A DNA stretch of 64,000 bases from the human T2T-CHM13v2.0 reference genome, Homo sapiens, in NCBI RefSeq assembly GCF_009914755.1, contig NC_060926.1; one strand, written 5' to 3'. A model generated the notes under the pieces. It searched no databases. It had not been told where the DNA came from and saw only the letters and a list, made by a program, of their open reading frames with translations. Numbering within the stretch: position 1 is the stretch's first letter; every line of letters starts with the position of its first letter. Made by a program: the position numbers and the translations under genes. This document shows, one piece after another, positions 1 to 15,471 of the stretch.

Positions 1-1070
1 ATTTTCAGCTTTTCTGCTCTGGTTTCTCTCCATCTTTGTGGTTTTATCTACCTTTGGTCTTTGATGTTGGTGATCGACATATGCGGTTTTGGTGTGGATG
101 TCCTTTTTGTTGATGTTTATGCTATTCCTTTCTGTTTGTTAGTTTTCCTTCTAACAGTCAGGTCCCTCAGCTGCAGGTCTGTTGGAGTGTGCTGGAGGTC
201 CACTCCAGACCCTGTTTGCCTGGGTATCACCAGTGGAGGCTGCAGAACTGGAAATGTTGCAGAACAACAAATATTGCTGCCCGATCCTTCCTCTGGAAGG
301 TTCATCCCAGAGGAGCTCCCACCTGTATGATGTGTCAGTCAGCCCCTACTGGGAGGTGTCTCCCAGTTAGGCTACATGGGGGTCAGGGACCCACTTGAGG
401 AGGCGGTCTCTCCATTCTCCGAGCTCAAACACTGCGCTGGGAGAACCACTGCTCTCTTCAGAGCTGTCAGACAGTGATGTTTAAGTCTGCAGAAGTTTCT
501 GCTGCCTTTTGTTCAGCTATGCCCTGCCGCAAGAGGTGGAGTCTATAGAGGGAGCAAGCTTTGCTGTGCTGTGGTTGGCTCTGCCCAGTTCGAGCTTCCC
601 GGCTGCTTTGTTTATCTACTCAAGCCTCAGCAATGGTGGACACCCCTCCGCCTGCTGGGCTGCTGCCTCGCAGGTTGATCTCAGTCTACTGCGCTAGCAG
701 TGAGCAAGGCTCCATGGGTGTGGGACCCACCGAGCCTTGCATAGGCTATAATCTCCTGATGTACTATTTGCTAAGATGGTTGGAAAAGTGCAGTATTTGA
801 GCGGGAGTGTCTCATTTTTCCAGGTACAGTCTGTCGTGACTTCCCTTGGCTAGGAAAGGGAAATCCCCCAACCCCTTGCACTTCCTGGGTGAGGTGATGC
901 CCTGCCCCGCTTCGGCTCACCCTCCATGGGCTGCACCCACTGTCCAACCAGTCCCAGTGAGATGAACCAGTTACCTCAGTTGGAAATGCAGAAATCACCC
1001 ATCTTTTGCATCAATCACGCTGGGAGCTGTAGATTGGAGCTGTTCCTATTCGGCCATCTTGGAACAGTGA
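1..1070 (-). mobile_element. L1PA (about L1PA5-7) 5'UTR plus start of ORF1; the element continues beyond the left edge
   Basis: The minus strand starts TTCCAAGATGGCCGAATAGGAACAGCTCC, the L1 5' end with its YY1 site (about 1052-1061). The ORF1 ATG is at 33-31 and reads MERNQSRKAEN. Confidence 0.95.
633..800 (+). pseudogene. L1 ORF0 homologue (antisense in the 5'UTR), truncated at 55 aa
   Basis: gcaATGG start; MVDTPPPAGLLPRRLISVYCASSEQGSMGVGPTEPCIGYNLL resembles primate L1 ORF0 (MAGAPPPASLPPCSLISDCCASNQRDSVGVGPSEPG). Stop TGA at 798-800. Confidence 0.75.
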
Positions 1071-2169
1071 CCCTCGACAAAATCTTAATGTGATTGTATG
1101 TCGCTAAGAGAAAGTCTTTCTTCTACCAGGGAAGGTATTTGAAGCTTTTTTGCTTCCTGTTTATTCTTGTGTTTTCAGCTATTCCACATTGAAAGGCAAA
1201 AAGGAAGAGATGAGAGATGGAATGGTAATGATAGACAGTTTGAAATATTTGGTTAATTGAGATATTTTATTAATTATTAAGATTATTTTTCTAATTAAGC
1301 ATATAGCTTAAGGAATTAAATTTCAAATAATTTTCCTAATTTGTCAGAATACTTTCATGAATGATGTTATCTATAATAATAACATAAAAATCTGTCAAAT
1401 GCCAGTCAGGGGTTGAGTTACCATTTAAGTTTCTGTGTTATCCATATGATTCCCTGGAGGAAAGAGAGCTTAAATCTAAACATTTCTGATGATAGACGAC
1501 CCTGACCAGAGATTATTCTATTTGAAGATTATTTTGGTTTATCTCTCTCTTCCTCTGTCTTGCCCCTGGTCACGTCCCTGCAAAAAAGCTCTTCTGTCTG
1601 CCACAGGTGACGGCACATGGGAGGATAAATCCTACATTGGTTTTTGATTCTAAGGTGCATATAAAGTAGGTATCAGATTAATTCCTTTAGATTATGTAGG
1701 ATTTCCATAGATTATGTTTACATGTTTTTTGCCTCTGCATTTAATGATTGATACATTTTTCTCTGGTCTCTGGTTAAGATTTGGAAACTTAACACTTCAC
1801 TGTGGATCATTCCAAAGTATGTCTCTCCCTGCCAGGTCCAACTTGCAGGGAAGTGTCTGCTGGGCAACTGCATGGGGGTGTCCTGCAGACACTTCACACT
1901 GACTCGTCTACCATGGCTGTCACCTTTACTCACGCCTGATGAACCATCAGTAATGGCACCATCAGCACTCTGAGTTTACATGACCATCTTCATCTTCCTT
2001 GTAAACTAAGCCTTATCACTTAACAGATTTTGTTCTTTCTCTCTCCATAATTGTATGTATGTTTTTTTTTAAATGACTAAACCTAGCCTGGAGTGGGTGA
2101 TAGATTGTTGACTGAATGCATGAAAACCATCATTACTGCCTACTTGTCACACATTGACTTTCTTGAAAA

Positions 2170-2290
2170 TTTAAGTTGCACATGCCATGCCCCTGCTCAC
2201 AAACCTTCAGTGACTCTCATTGTCTATGGAAAAATTGAGATTCCTTGACCTGTCAGGCAAGGCCCTTACAATTTAGAACCAACTTAATGT
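2170..2290 (-). mobile_element. L2 fragment
   Basis: catgcccctgctcacaaaccttcagtgactctcattg...caaggcccttaca is an L2-type motif. Confidence 0.55.
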
Positions 2291-2634
2291 GGTATTCTTA
2301 TGTACTTTTACTCTCCTAGTAGACAAACTTGACTCTCATGGTTGACTGAATGACACCCCATCCCCCATACCTTTCTTTTTTTCATGCCTCATATATATCA
2401 TATAAAAGAATACACACACACACATGCACACATACACACACCCCTCTTTAAAAATTTGTAGAAAATGCCGTAGAAATTCAGGTGAGGGAAAGATTATTTC
2501 CTGCTGGGTGACATTCGGGAAGTTTACTAACGGTATTTGTATGATATGTATAAGAATGTGTATTTATATACATATGTAAGATATGTGTATATATACTTAC
2601 ATGCATATGTGTATAATAAAAGCATTTGAAAAAT

Positions 2635-2730
2635 AGCTAAAATTAATTGAGCACTTACTCTATGTCATGCACAGTGCTAAAAGCTTTACAGATGTTTTTC
2701 TTATTTAATTCTCACCACAATTCTAAAATA
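2635..2730 (-). mobile_element. MIR fragment
   Basis: ttgagcacttactctatg...gcacagtgctaaaagctttaca...atttaattctcacc is the MIR core. Confidence 0.65.
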
Positions 2731-3717
2731 TAAGCAACATGTAGGTCACGTCGTATGTGAGAGATATATTCCTGATCTATGCAGGAAAGATGCAGAATTT
2801 AAAACTATTTCTGTAAAACATTGGCTTTTTTGTTCTTATGTGGTAATAATAATAATAATAGAGATATATCTTAGAATTCACTGAGTCTGTTGATTTTGAC
2901 ACTATTGGTTTTTTAAAAAAAATTGTTGGTTTTTGGAGATGAGGGGTCTCACTCTGTTTCCTAGGTTGCTTGGGAGGGGATTTGGCCTGTGTACATTTCT
3001 GAGGGACTTCCTAAACCTTACCTTGTCTTAGTTTGAATGGCCTTTTGGAAAGCTGGAAGTCAGCTGGGGGACAATTGTGGTTATCATTGGTACTGATTAC
3101 CAAAGATTTTGGCCCTTGGCTACTCCACCTTTTATTGTATCCTGCAATTGTGCTTCCTTGCTTCTTTGGAAACAAATGGGGCTCTGAGCCTTGCTTTCAC
3201 CACAAAATGTAAGTCTCAGCTTGGGGAAAGCTTTAAGAGCAACTGTGTGATTCTCTAAATTAATTTTTTTTCTGCTTCAGCCTTTGTGTGAGAAAGGACT
3301 TGGAAGCCCTCTCAGCCTGGTTCCCTCACTAGGAATGATGTAAAAGAAAACTCCAGATGAAATGCATTTGAAGCCAGCTGGACTTGTTTGAAGCCACTGA
3401 GATTTCGGAGGGTTGTTTGTTGCCACTGCGTATTCTAGCTGGTTCTGACTGATCAGACTAGGGTCTGCAGTTTGCTGTTTCCCAGCGTGGTTGCTGCGCT
3501 GCCCTGTAATGCACACCCACCTCTGTTGAAATCTAAACATAGCGAGGAAAGCCAAGGAGGAACATGCAGCAACTACAGACCAGGAGTTCTCAATACTGGC
3601 TCATGTTAGAATCGCCAGTGAGATTTAAAAATACCATACAAGGGGCAGCACCCCCAGAGTTTCTGATTAAATTGGTCTGTGATGAGGCCTGAGAATATGC
3701 ATGTTTAAAAGTGCCAG

Positions 3718-4392
<675 letters not shown>

Positions 4393-5737
4393 GATGCCCC
4401 AAGATGGTAATATTCTGCCAAAGTTGAGATTCACTGGTCCAGAAGTAGGCCGTCAGCTCTCAGACTTTCTTTTTTACTGCCTGTCCTTGTCATAAACGTG
4501 ACTTTACGTCTGATTCTTAATATTATGATTAAGCTCAGATGGGGTAAATTTACGCTTAATAATGTTTGAATTGTTTAATTAATTTGTAAAATTACTCATG
4601 GAAGATCTCATCGCCTTCTGCAATTATCGCCATTAAAAAAAGATTATTGAGTTGCTAGGATAAAGTAGATGGAGAAGAGGAAATCTAAGCACAGATGGTG
4701 GTGTTCACTACTATTTTGCACGATCCCATCAATAATTTTTACATTTCGTTTCAGGGATACTGAAGAAAGACTGTTGGCCCATGGTTGTGCGTGGCATTCT
4801 CTTGATGTGGAAGAAAGGACCAAATCAATAACTCCGTCCTTTACTTCAACTCAGATGCTGTTGTGTTTTAGGCAGGTGGTGGGGAGAGATACACATAGGT
4901 TGTAATTGTGATAAAGACTCCCACGTTTGGTGGCTAGATACTGAAACTACTTTTAAACAACTGCCTGTTTAGGTAATTGAAAGGCTTCCACCATTGATTT
5001 GGTTCTCTGTGGTAGCATCCCCAGAACTGGGTGGGCTAGGAGAGGATGAAGGGCATGAGGGAGGCCTCACAACATCACTAATTGTAGCAGGTGCCATGGG
5101 ACCCTACTGAGAATGAGTTTACCTTGGGATGAAGCATGCATTTGAGAGCCGGCCTTTGAGAGATAGCTTTATTGAGCAATTTAAGGCTGAGACACATCAC
5201 AAAATATTTTTTCCTCTCTCTCCCTTCCTCATTTTCTTGTTATCTTCCCTATTCTCTTTTCCTCTCTGCATTTAACTAGTTAAATGATTAAAATGTCCTG
5301 TAAATTTGCTTAGGTAAAAATATAACTATAATTTGAATGTAGCAAACTCTGTTGAATCATCTAATTTTTTAAATCAGGAAATGCTGTTAGAATTCATTTA
5401 TATACCTAAACTCTATTCCTGGCCCATAGGTCTGGGGGAAAAATAGCAAATGTCTAGCTTATTCTGCAGTGAGTAAACTAGAGAGAAAATATGGCATGTC
5501 TCCAAAAGGAGAGGAGAATAGTGATTTAAAAATTTTCTCACTCCAGCTTTCTTTCTGACTTCTGTCCTTCATCTTTTGCCAATACTACCAGAGGTAAAGA
5601 ATAGTATTCTGTGGGGGAAGATGGTTTAATGATTTTGATGGGCTTTTTAATTCAAATATTTCAGATGGAGTATCTATCAACATTATAATTGCCAGTTGGT
5701 GGTTGGAAGAAAAGAACTGTCAAAATGTAAAACCTAA

Positions 5738-6112
<375 letters not shown>

Positions 6113-8382
6113 AGTTTTTTTATTAAATGTGTTTTAAATGAAGAAGAAGCCAACCCCCACCCCCCCAAAAAAGCACATATATTGAACTCATTGAAATTAC
6201 ATTAACAAAACATATTTTACTGGGTCATGATATAGAAATAACTTAAATTGTTATTTGTCAATGTAATTGTTTCAATGGGATTCTTCTTGCCCTTGAATAT
6301 GAGTAATGTACTATAGATTGCATTTCTCAGTTTCCATGAAAAATATAAATGCACTGAGAGACATAGTTTGGGCAGAAAACTTTTTTTTTTTTTTTTTTTT
6401 TGTGGGTGTAAGTTAGTGAATCTATTTTCCTGGAAATATCTGAGATGATTTAATCTCAAACTCGCTCAGTGGCAGAGGACTTATCTTTGGATGATTCTTT
6501 TTTATCTGAGTTATTACAGTAAATCATCTAACAGACCCAAACCCACTTTAATAGTTTTACTCTTTGAGAATTGGTATGTAACTTGCATGCTATACCAACA
6601 CTTCTAAAGAGGTTCTCAAAGAACCTAAAATTTCTATTGTGTTTTATGTTGAGTATGGTAACAAAGAGGTATTCTTTTATTTTTTTGATCGTGTTTTCTA
6701 GAGTCAAGTACATAGGCCTTGAGATTATTTCACCTTTGACTTTGTACAGCTTTTGAAGTTTGGATCTCTAGAGATACTCTGGAAGAACATTAAGATAGTG
6801 GTTTACCTTCTCCCTTGTGGATATCTGATATTTGCCATTAATGGGAATAAAAAATTCATAAACCAGTTAGAATTACAGTTTCATGTGGATTCTTCCAGAG
6901 CAAATTGTTATGGTTATTTATAACTTCACTCAAGTGACATATAATCCATGTGATAATTTCTCAGGAAAAAAATGAAGATTAGGGTAAAAATATGTGAAAT
7001 TATGTTGGTAACAGGGCAAGATATTTTATTTGTTATTGATCCAATAAAAAGTAACAGAATATTTAAAAATAATAGAAAAGTATATAGAGAAAAAACTAAA
7101 ACATAGTCACAGCCTTCACTTATAGTTTTTAACTTGTATTTTGAGAACAAAGGGATGGGCAGCAGAGGGCCTCTCTGGAAAGAAAAAAATTACCCTTAGA
7201 CAAATTTTGTAGGAAAGACAAACTTATTTATTGGATTTCAAGGCTAGCTAATTCCTTCAAAGACACTGCTGCTTAATCTGATTAGTGGCTTTAAAGAACA
7301 CATTAAGCTGTTTTAAAGAACAACTATTTTCAGCCTGGGGACTTCTCCTCATATGAGGCTGTAATATTTACTACCCAAGTAATATGGGACTCAAACAGAG
7401 AAATGGTAAGAAAGAATTATATATCCTTATACTTAAGGATAAGTATATCCTTTTCTTGTACATGTAGAGATTATTTCTAGATTTATTTCCGATTATGCCA
7501 CTTATGTACAAATGTATGAAAGTCATTAATAAGATTAACATGAGTCAGACTTAAATGGAGCATCACAATGAGAAGAGAAATGACCCCAGGACCACTCCAC
7601 CATCTTCATGCATTAACGGAATCTTATCTCCCTCATAAAATAATCTTATCAATCTTAAAACCCATGTAAACCCAAAGCCTGCAAATAAACATCTATTGGT
7701 AAAACACAAATAATTCCTAATCCTTAAATAGCTTTTCAGTTCTCCTTTTAGGGTCTCATGGACACTCTCTAGTTTACTGTGCTCTTTCCTGTCGAGGTAC
7801 TTAAGAGTCATTAAAATCACCCACATTTCTAGGGTTCAAATTAAAGAGATGTAAGGGATTTGCTTAATTACAAATGCGTCAGAAATACAGCCTAACCCAG
7901 TCATGTGAATAGTTATTTGCCCCAAGATTTTATTTTAGAGTCACATTCTAGGTAATGAGAACTAGATGTCTCAGTTATTCACTCAAAAATTACTTATTGA
8001 ATTATTTGTTGACATTTCTAGGAGCTGAGAACATGGGCAGGATCCCTGTAGTCACTGAGTTTGCAATAATCGGTTGTTTTAAAAAATCATTAAACAATTC
8101 ATGATGGAGTCTTAATTGTGAAATGTGGACCAAAAGAGAAAAATGAACTGCTGTGCTGTGGAATTTAATGAGTCAGGGGGCTAATCTGGTTTGAGAGTCC
8201 GGAAGGCTCCCTAAGGAGGTGATATTTAAGCTGCGAGTTGAAGAAACCCATCAAAGAGTAGCCAGATAAGAAAAGGTAAAGTGTTTTGCAAATCTTCCTT
8301 GGCCAGCTCATCTCATAGTGATTTTCCTCCTCGTTGGATGTATTGACCAGTTAGTGCCTCTGCCTTGTTTTTAAGAAATTAC

Positions 8383-8681
8383 GGCCGGGCGCGGTGGCTC
8401 ACACCTGTAATCCCAGCCCTTTGGGAGGCCGAGGCGGGCGGATCTTGAGGTCAGGAGATCGAGACCATCCTGGCTAACAGGGTGAAACCCCGTCTCTACT
8501 AAAAATACAAAAAATTAGCTGGGCGAGGTGGCGGGCGCCTGTAGTCCCAGCTACTCTGGAGGCTGAGGCAGGAGAATGGTGTGAACCCCGGGGAGCGGAG
8601 ACTGCAGTAAGCCAAGATGGCGCCACTGCACTCCAGCCTGGGTGACAGTGAGACTCTGTCTCAAAAAAAAAAAAAAAAAAA
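8383..8681 (+). mobile_element. AluY (possibly Ye-like)
   Basis: AluY diagnostic gagatcgagaccatcctggctaac. TSD AAGAAATTAC at 8373-8382 and 8682-8691, at a TT/AAGA site. Confidence 0.95.
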
Positions 8682-9710
8682 AAGAAATTACATAAGAGCT
8701 TTTATACTGTTTATCTTATTGTTTCTTTTGACTGTTATACTAGACTGTGAAAAAGTGCATTTCTGGATCCTCAGAATTCAGCCTTCGGTGTCTCTATATA
8801 GGTATTTTATTTTTACATAAAATATATATAGATACATTTGTTTCTATTTTTTTTACTGAGCATTTGCTTAAATGGTTGCATGTAGTAATTCTTTGTGTAT
8901 TTCAACAGGCTCTGGAATTGAACTATTTTACTTTTTATCTGTAGACAGTAATCTTTCTTAATTGTTTTATGCCTAAAGTCGACGTTTGGGTTGACTTTAT
9001 CAGAGGGATCCCAGAAGACTAGATTGGAGGGTTAGGAAAAGACCAGTTATGCTAACAATGCAGAAACGAGCATCATGGTTGACCCTAACTGAGTCACAGT
9101 TCGGGGAACTCTGCTTTTGTTTGAACCCAAAGACAGCAATATAATTGTGTGCAATTTGAGGTGATGTTTAGAGAGCTGGAATATATTTGATCACCTTGAT
9201 GGAGCTGACGTATAAATGGAAATTTAGAGAACTATTATTTGCCTAGATCTTTCGCTGAGCAAGTTTCAGCCCATAACATCAAATTGTTGTAACTTAATTT
9301 ACAAAATCACCTAGCTAAATTAGCCTCACTCCAGAAGGGAATTGGATTTGATATGACTAACATAATCTACTCTGTATAGATTCTTTCTATGTGTTAATAA
9401 TAGCTTCTCATGCTCTTTAAAAAAGAAACTCTGAGAGTAACAGATATGCCACCTCAGGAAAATTAGTCACAGAACCAGCCCTCAGAGTTCTTTTAAATTT
9501 GTAGTTTCCTTTTAAAAAAAGTTAATATCAATTAAGTTTAGGACATGAGTTTTCTTATATTTTAATCCGATCTCTCAGATTCTAAATTGGTATAGCAATT
9601 TCTTAGAACGTTGCATCTGAAGGATGTGAATGTAAAAGCAGGGCAATCGTGAGGGCATTTCATTCATAGGAGGCAGCAGAAGACAGAAATATAGAAACTA
9701 TACGTTTTCT

Positions 9711-10000
9711 CCTGCCTCAGCCTCCTGAGTAGCTGGGACTACAGGTGCCTGCCCACCACACCTGGCTAATTTTTTGTATTTTTAGTAGAGATGGGGTTTC
9801 ACCATCTTAGCTGGATGGTCTCGATCTCCTGACCTCGTGATCCACCCACCTCGGCCTCCCAAAGTGCTGGGATTAGGATTATGGGCATGAGCCACCACGC
9901 CCGGGAGGCAGAGCTTGCAGTGAGCCGAGATTGCGCCACTGCACTCCAGCCTGGGCGAGAGCGAGACTCCGTCTCAAAAAAAAAAGAAAAAAAAAAAAAA
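9711..10000 (+). mobile_element. AluY-like element with inverted 5' two-thirds
   Basis: 9707-9904 is antisense Alu (about nt 205 back to the 5' end); 9900-10000 is the sense 3' end plus poly(A). 18-bp TSD at 9693-9710 and 10001-10018. Confidence 0.92.
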
Positions 10001-10473
10001 AGAAACTATATGTTTTCTTGCACATAAAAAACATTAAGATTCTTACTCTCAGGCAGTAGAAATTTAATAAATCTGTCAAGGAGTAAGATTAAATTTACCC
10101 TGAATTATTAAACTGTGTAAGGAAGCTAACTGCATGAATCCTGAACTAAACCTTTGATCTCAAAAGAACTTTGTAAAGCAAAAATGACTGATTTTTAACT
10201 ATGTGTCAGCAAAATAAATTATTTAGCAGCCTACAGTGCCAGTTTGGCCCCAAGAGAGAATGAGTCTTCCAGTGGCTAAAATGGAGAGCATGGTGGTGTG
10301 TTTTGCAAATCTGGGAGAGATCACTTATCTGTCTTTGGAAGCCTTACAAGTTTTTCCATAGGTCTGACCAATAGCCCCATGTCTCTCTTTTGTACAGCAA
10401 AGTGTTCTCCCATCGTTAGTGTCCCTTAAGAATTTTTTTTAAATTTTTTTATTTTTTATTTTTTTTTAGTCTG

Positions 10474-10567
10474 TTGAGTTCAGAAGATTGAGGCTGCAGT
10501 GAGCCATGCTCATGCTACTGCCACTCTGGGTGACAAAGTGAGACCCTGTCTCAAAAAAAAAAAAAAA
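10474..10567 (+). mobile_element. AluJ/FRAM 3' fragment
   Basis: gaggctgcagtgagccatg...gtgagaccctgtctc followed by poly(A). Confidence 0.85.
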
Positions 10568-10621
10568 TTAGTAAATTGGTCTCTTCAGCAAGAGGAGTTA
10601 GATTTCATAAATATTACTTTA

Positions 10622-10928
<307 letters not shown>

Positions 10929-10959
10929 CCCATAAGAATTTTATTAGGCTTCTTTAGTG

Positions 10960-11478
10960 GCCGTTTGAGATCTGGCCCACCCAACGTTCATTGCCCCTTC
11001 CACTGGTGACAGTGGCTCAAATTTCCACTGCCTTTTTCAGATTGTGTTCCAGAAGGGCTCATCTCCTAGTCTCAGGGGGGAGCATGTGACTTGGCTTGGC
11101 CAATCAGTGTCATTTAGTCCCTTTGTTAGTTCATTTACATACTCTGAGGCCTTGGGCTGGTGTAACCAGAAAGAGACTCATTTCTTCCACCAAGGATTGA
11201 TTCTGAGAGAAGGTAGGACTGTATCTGGTGGCAGCCATCTTGCTACCATGTGCATGCTGAGAATGAGCCAACATGGAGGACAAGGGAGCTGACAGATGGG
11301 AGGGAGAGGAGGTCCTGAGGGCACTGTATGAGCCCAGAGTCCTGCTGTAACTATTTTAGCCTTTTCAGTTGCATGGGCCAATACAATGTTTTTTTTTTTT
11401 TTCTTGCTTTGATTAATTCAATTATTATCATAATAATTTTCTTTCTGAAACTAGTACCAGAAAGAGTCCCGACAAATT
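10960..11478 (+). mobile_element. Old MaLR LTR (MLT1-type)
   Basis: catgtgacttggcttggccaatcag, ggcagccatcttgctaccatg and a terminal aaagagtcccgaca. Confidence 0.6.
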
Positions 11479-12419
11479 TAGTTTCATTTGTGTGACTAAA
11501 GTATTTCCTTTTTTGTTGTTGTTATTGCAATAAAACCTCCTGAGTTTTGTGTATTGTATGGGGATTAAAGCACTCTACATAATGCGATAGAAACAATCTG
11601 ATTATGTACATTTTAATACTTCATGTAGTATTATATTTCGTCACATTGTGGATAAATGTGAAAAGTTTGAGGCAAGTGATAACAGCTAGAGAAACCTTGG
11701 CTAATTAAAAGATTATACTCGAATTGTGTGCATTAAATTTAAAATGTTAACCTGATAATAGTTGCTAACAGTGTTTTAGCCTAAATATGGTCAGTATTTT
11801 TCTTAGCATCTTTAAGTTAGCACAAATGGATACAAAGCTGAAAGTGAGGATTAATATGCTGCCTATGTAAATCAGGATATATAAAGGTCTACAATAACTA
11901 AAATAGTTATTTGTATGTAGCAAGATAAATTTAACAGAGTTCTCCATTTTTATAATGGTATACACTGGTAAGATTTGTCAAACCTGTTTTTTTAATTACA
12001 TCATGTTTAATTCATTTACCAAAACAAATTAATATTCTCATCTTATTTTATGGAGATAAGTTCAAATGTAGAAGTAACAAATGAGGATATAAGGAGAGAT
12101 AGGAAGGACTTTTTGAAGCTTATCAAAATGCAAATACTAGAAACACATTTATTTAAAAAAGCAAAAGTGACGCTAAAGATTTCTATGAGTGTAAAGAGTC
12201 ATAGTTGTGTCCTGCAAATAATCTTCAGCCTGCATGAGCACAGGATGACTGTCCTGTGTTGTTTTATCAGCAACACTGGGAAAATAACTTAGTGGTTTTA
12301 GTTGATTGCAAGCAAATATGATTTAACAACCTGCTTTACTAACCTAAATGATTAATTTGAACTCATTGATTCAGATGTAGACTAGTTTAATCCAGATATA
12401 AAACCCCCAACTTGGGAGG

Positions 12420-12840
12420 CAGTAGTCACCTTTTATTCTGGGATGATGGAGCCAAGTCTGAAGACTCAGATTGCTTTTGGCATTTCACTTAAGGGATATT
12501 GACCAAAGGGTAGAGTTCAGAGGAAAGGGAGAACAAGGCCAAGAAGTCCTGTCACTATTTTGAGGGAATTGGGGAAGTTTACATTAGAGAAAGAAAGACT
12601 CTTTAATTATTTTTGAATAACATTTATGTGGAACAGTGAGTTACCTTATTCTGAGCATTGTTGGTGAGCAAACCCAGCCTGATTTACAGGAGGGAGGTTT
12701 CAGTTGATTAGATCAAGCTTATTAGATCTGTCCCACCATTGGACAGCTCATGAGACCAAGCAATCTAATAGTCAGAACTGCCCCCAAAGTGAGCTGAATT
12801 TCATCTAGAGTGGGTACTTTCAGACCTTTGAATTCTCTGT
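12420..12840 (+). mobile_element. L3/CR1 fragment
   Basis: ttaagggatattgacc...ttcagagg...gaattggggaagtttacattagagaaag matches the CR1 3' ORF motif. Confidence 0.55.
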
Positions 12841-14062
12841 TCACTCTTGTGTGGGAAACCACTTCTTGGACATAGAATGTGGCGGGGGAGGATTCAGACA
12901 GACGCACCTCAGAGGGTGTGGTAATGGTGATGGAGGTGCTGGTGGGGCTAGGGAGGGAGAGTGTACCTGACTATTCAGATTCTCTCCAAGCAGGGATTCT
13001 GGGAAATTCTTTAAGGAGTGTAATTGGTTACAAGTGTATCGCAGACAAAGTCCCAAGGAAACTTTAGAGGTTAGACACTACCTAGGGATCATGAACATAT
13101 CCTCAGGCCAGCAGCTATTTTGATATAACAGTTTCGGCTAACTGGCTTCAGTCATTATACTTGCTTAATAATTTCCTGCTTCTTTGTCTGATAGTGCAGC
13201 ATTGTGTCAAGACTTCCTTGACTTGTGTTGCCTTAAAGGAGTGGAGATGGAAACAGATAAGCAGTCCCTCTCTTCTCTCGATCAGTAGCTTAGCAGTCAT
13301 TCACTCCCATTTATAGCATATGTCAAAGTCAGTTACTGAAACTGCACTCATGTCCTTCCTAGTTTTTCTTGTCATAGAACTTCCTATTCTCTGAATTTAC
13401 TATTTCACTTTTGCCCCTAAAAACAGGTTTTGGTGAAACTTACTACCTTTCATATCCTCTTAAGATTACTTGACTGTCAGAGCACTCATTTCATAAAGTT
13501 TTTCAAATAAAACATTTGGTTTGAAATAAATAATCTTGAATTTCCTTGTTGATTTTTTAGAAGGTTGGCTGAACTTCAAACTAATTAAAGCCATTATTCC
13601 TTCTTGGCCAAATGTTTTTCAGCCTAAATTCTGGGTGACTAGAGATAGAATAGATTGCAAAGGGGCCGATATTAATGCCCCACTACTTATCTCCATAAAT
13701 TTATCATAAACACATAAACATAGGAGTGTTTCTCTGCTTATTTGGTTAAAATAATTGTGATATTTATCCTTGACTAGATTTGAGAACTGTCAAGAAAAAC
13801 TCTGGAGGGGGATTTCAGAGACAGGAATTAGAGATTAAGGTGAGGAAAAGGACCAGGACACTTGACTGGAGGAAGACATTCTTAAATCAGAATCAGAATC
13901 CGCACCTGGATTCAGAATTAAGAGCTGAATCGCTAACCATTTGGAGTTCATGGGTTCTGGGTTGTTTGTGTTTGAAGTCATTTTTCAGCAAGCAAATGAA
14001 CCATTTGTGTATTCATTCAGGAACTTTCTTGTAATGGATTCAGCTGGATGAAATGGTCTCTA

Positions 14063-14388
14063 TTTTTTTATTTTTTATTTTTATTATGATTTTTTGAGAC
14101 AAGGTCTCACTCTGTTACCCAGGCTGGAGTGCAATGGCGTGATCATGGTTCACTGTGGCCTCCACCTCCCAGGCTCAAGTGATCCCCGCACCACAACCTC
14201 CTGAGTAGCTGGGACTATAGGCATGCGCCACCATGTCCAGCCAGTTATTATTATTATTTTGTATTTTTTGTAGAGATGGGGTTTTGCCCTGTTGTCCAGG
14301 CTGGTCTCAAATTCCTGGGCTTAAGCAATCTTCCCACCTTGGCCGCTTGAAGTGCTGGGATTACAGGTATGAGCCACTGTGCTTGGCC
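14063..14388 (-). mobile_element. AluJ
   Basis: J-type motifs (caggctcaagtgatcc, cctgggcttaagcaatc). TSD TG(A/G)AATGGTCTCTA at 14049-14062 and 14389-14402. Confidence 0.93.
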
Positions 14389-14757
14389 TGGAATGGTCTC
14401 TAACGTCTCTTCCCCATGTAAAGTTTCCATGGTTTTGTCTATCATTGGCAGTAAATACGGGGTAACTGTGGGAGGGGAATGCATTGAACTTTCCTGTGGG
14501 CTTTTTCAGCTTCACTTCATTTTTTGATATGGGTTACTTCAAAACTGTTTCTGAGAAGTGCCTTTCAAACAATAGCGTTAACATGTGGCCTTTAGTGTCA
14601 GGCCTTCCCTATCCAACAAGATTCCCTTCTCGAATCTCCTTCCATAGAGTCATTCTGGAGCTGCCACAGTTGCTTATATCTTTACAAAGAGAAGAACAGA
14701 GGATGATGTGGACTCAGAGGGAAGAAAAACAATGACATGTTTGAAAATGTGAGACTG

Positions 14758-15471
<714 letters not shown>

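Noticed and set aside
2915-2975. Tiny Alu-like fragment
   Set aside because: Too short and diverged to classify.
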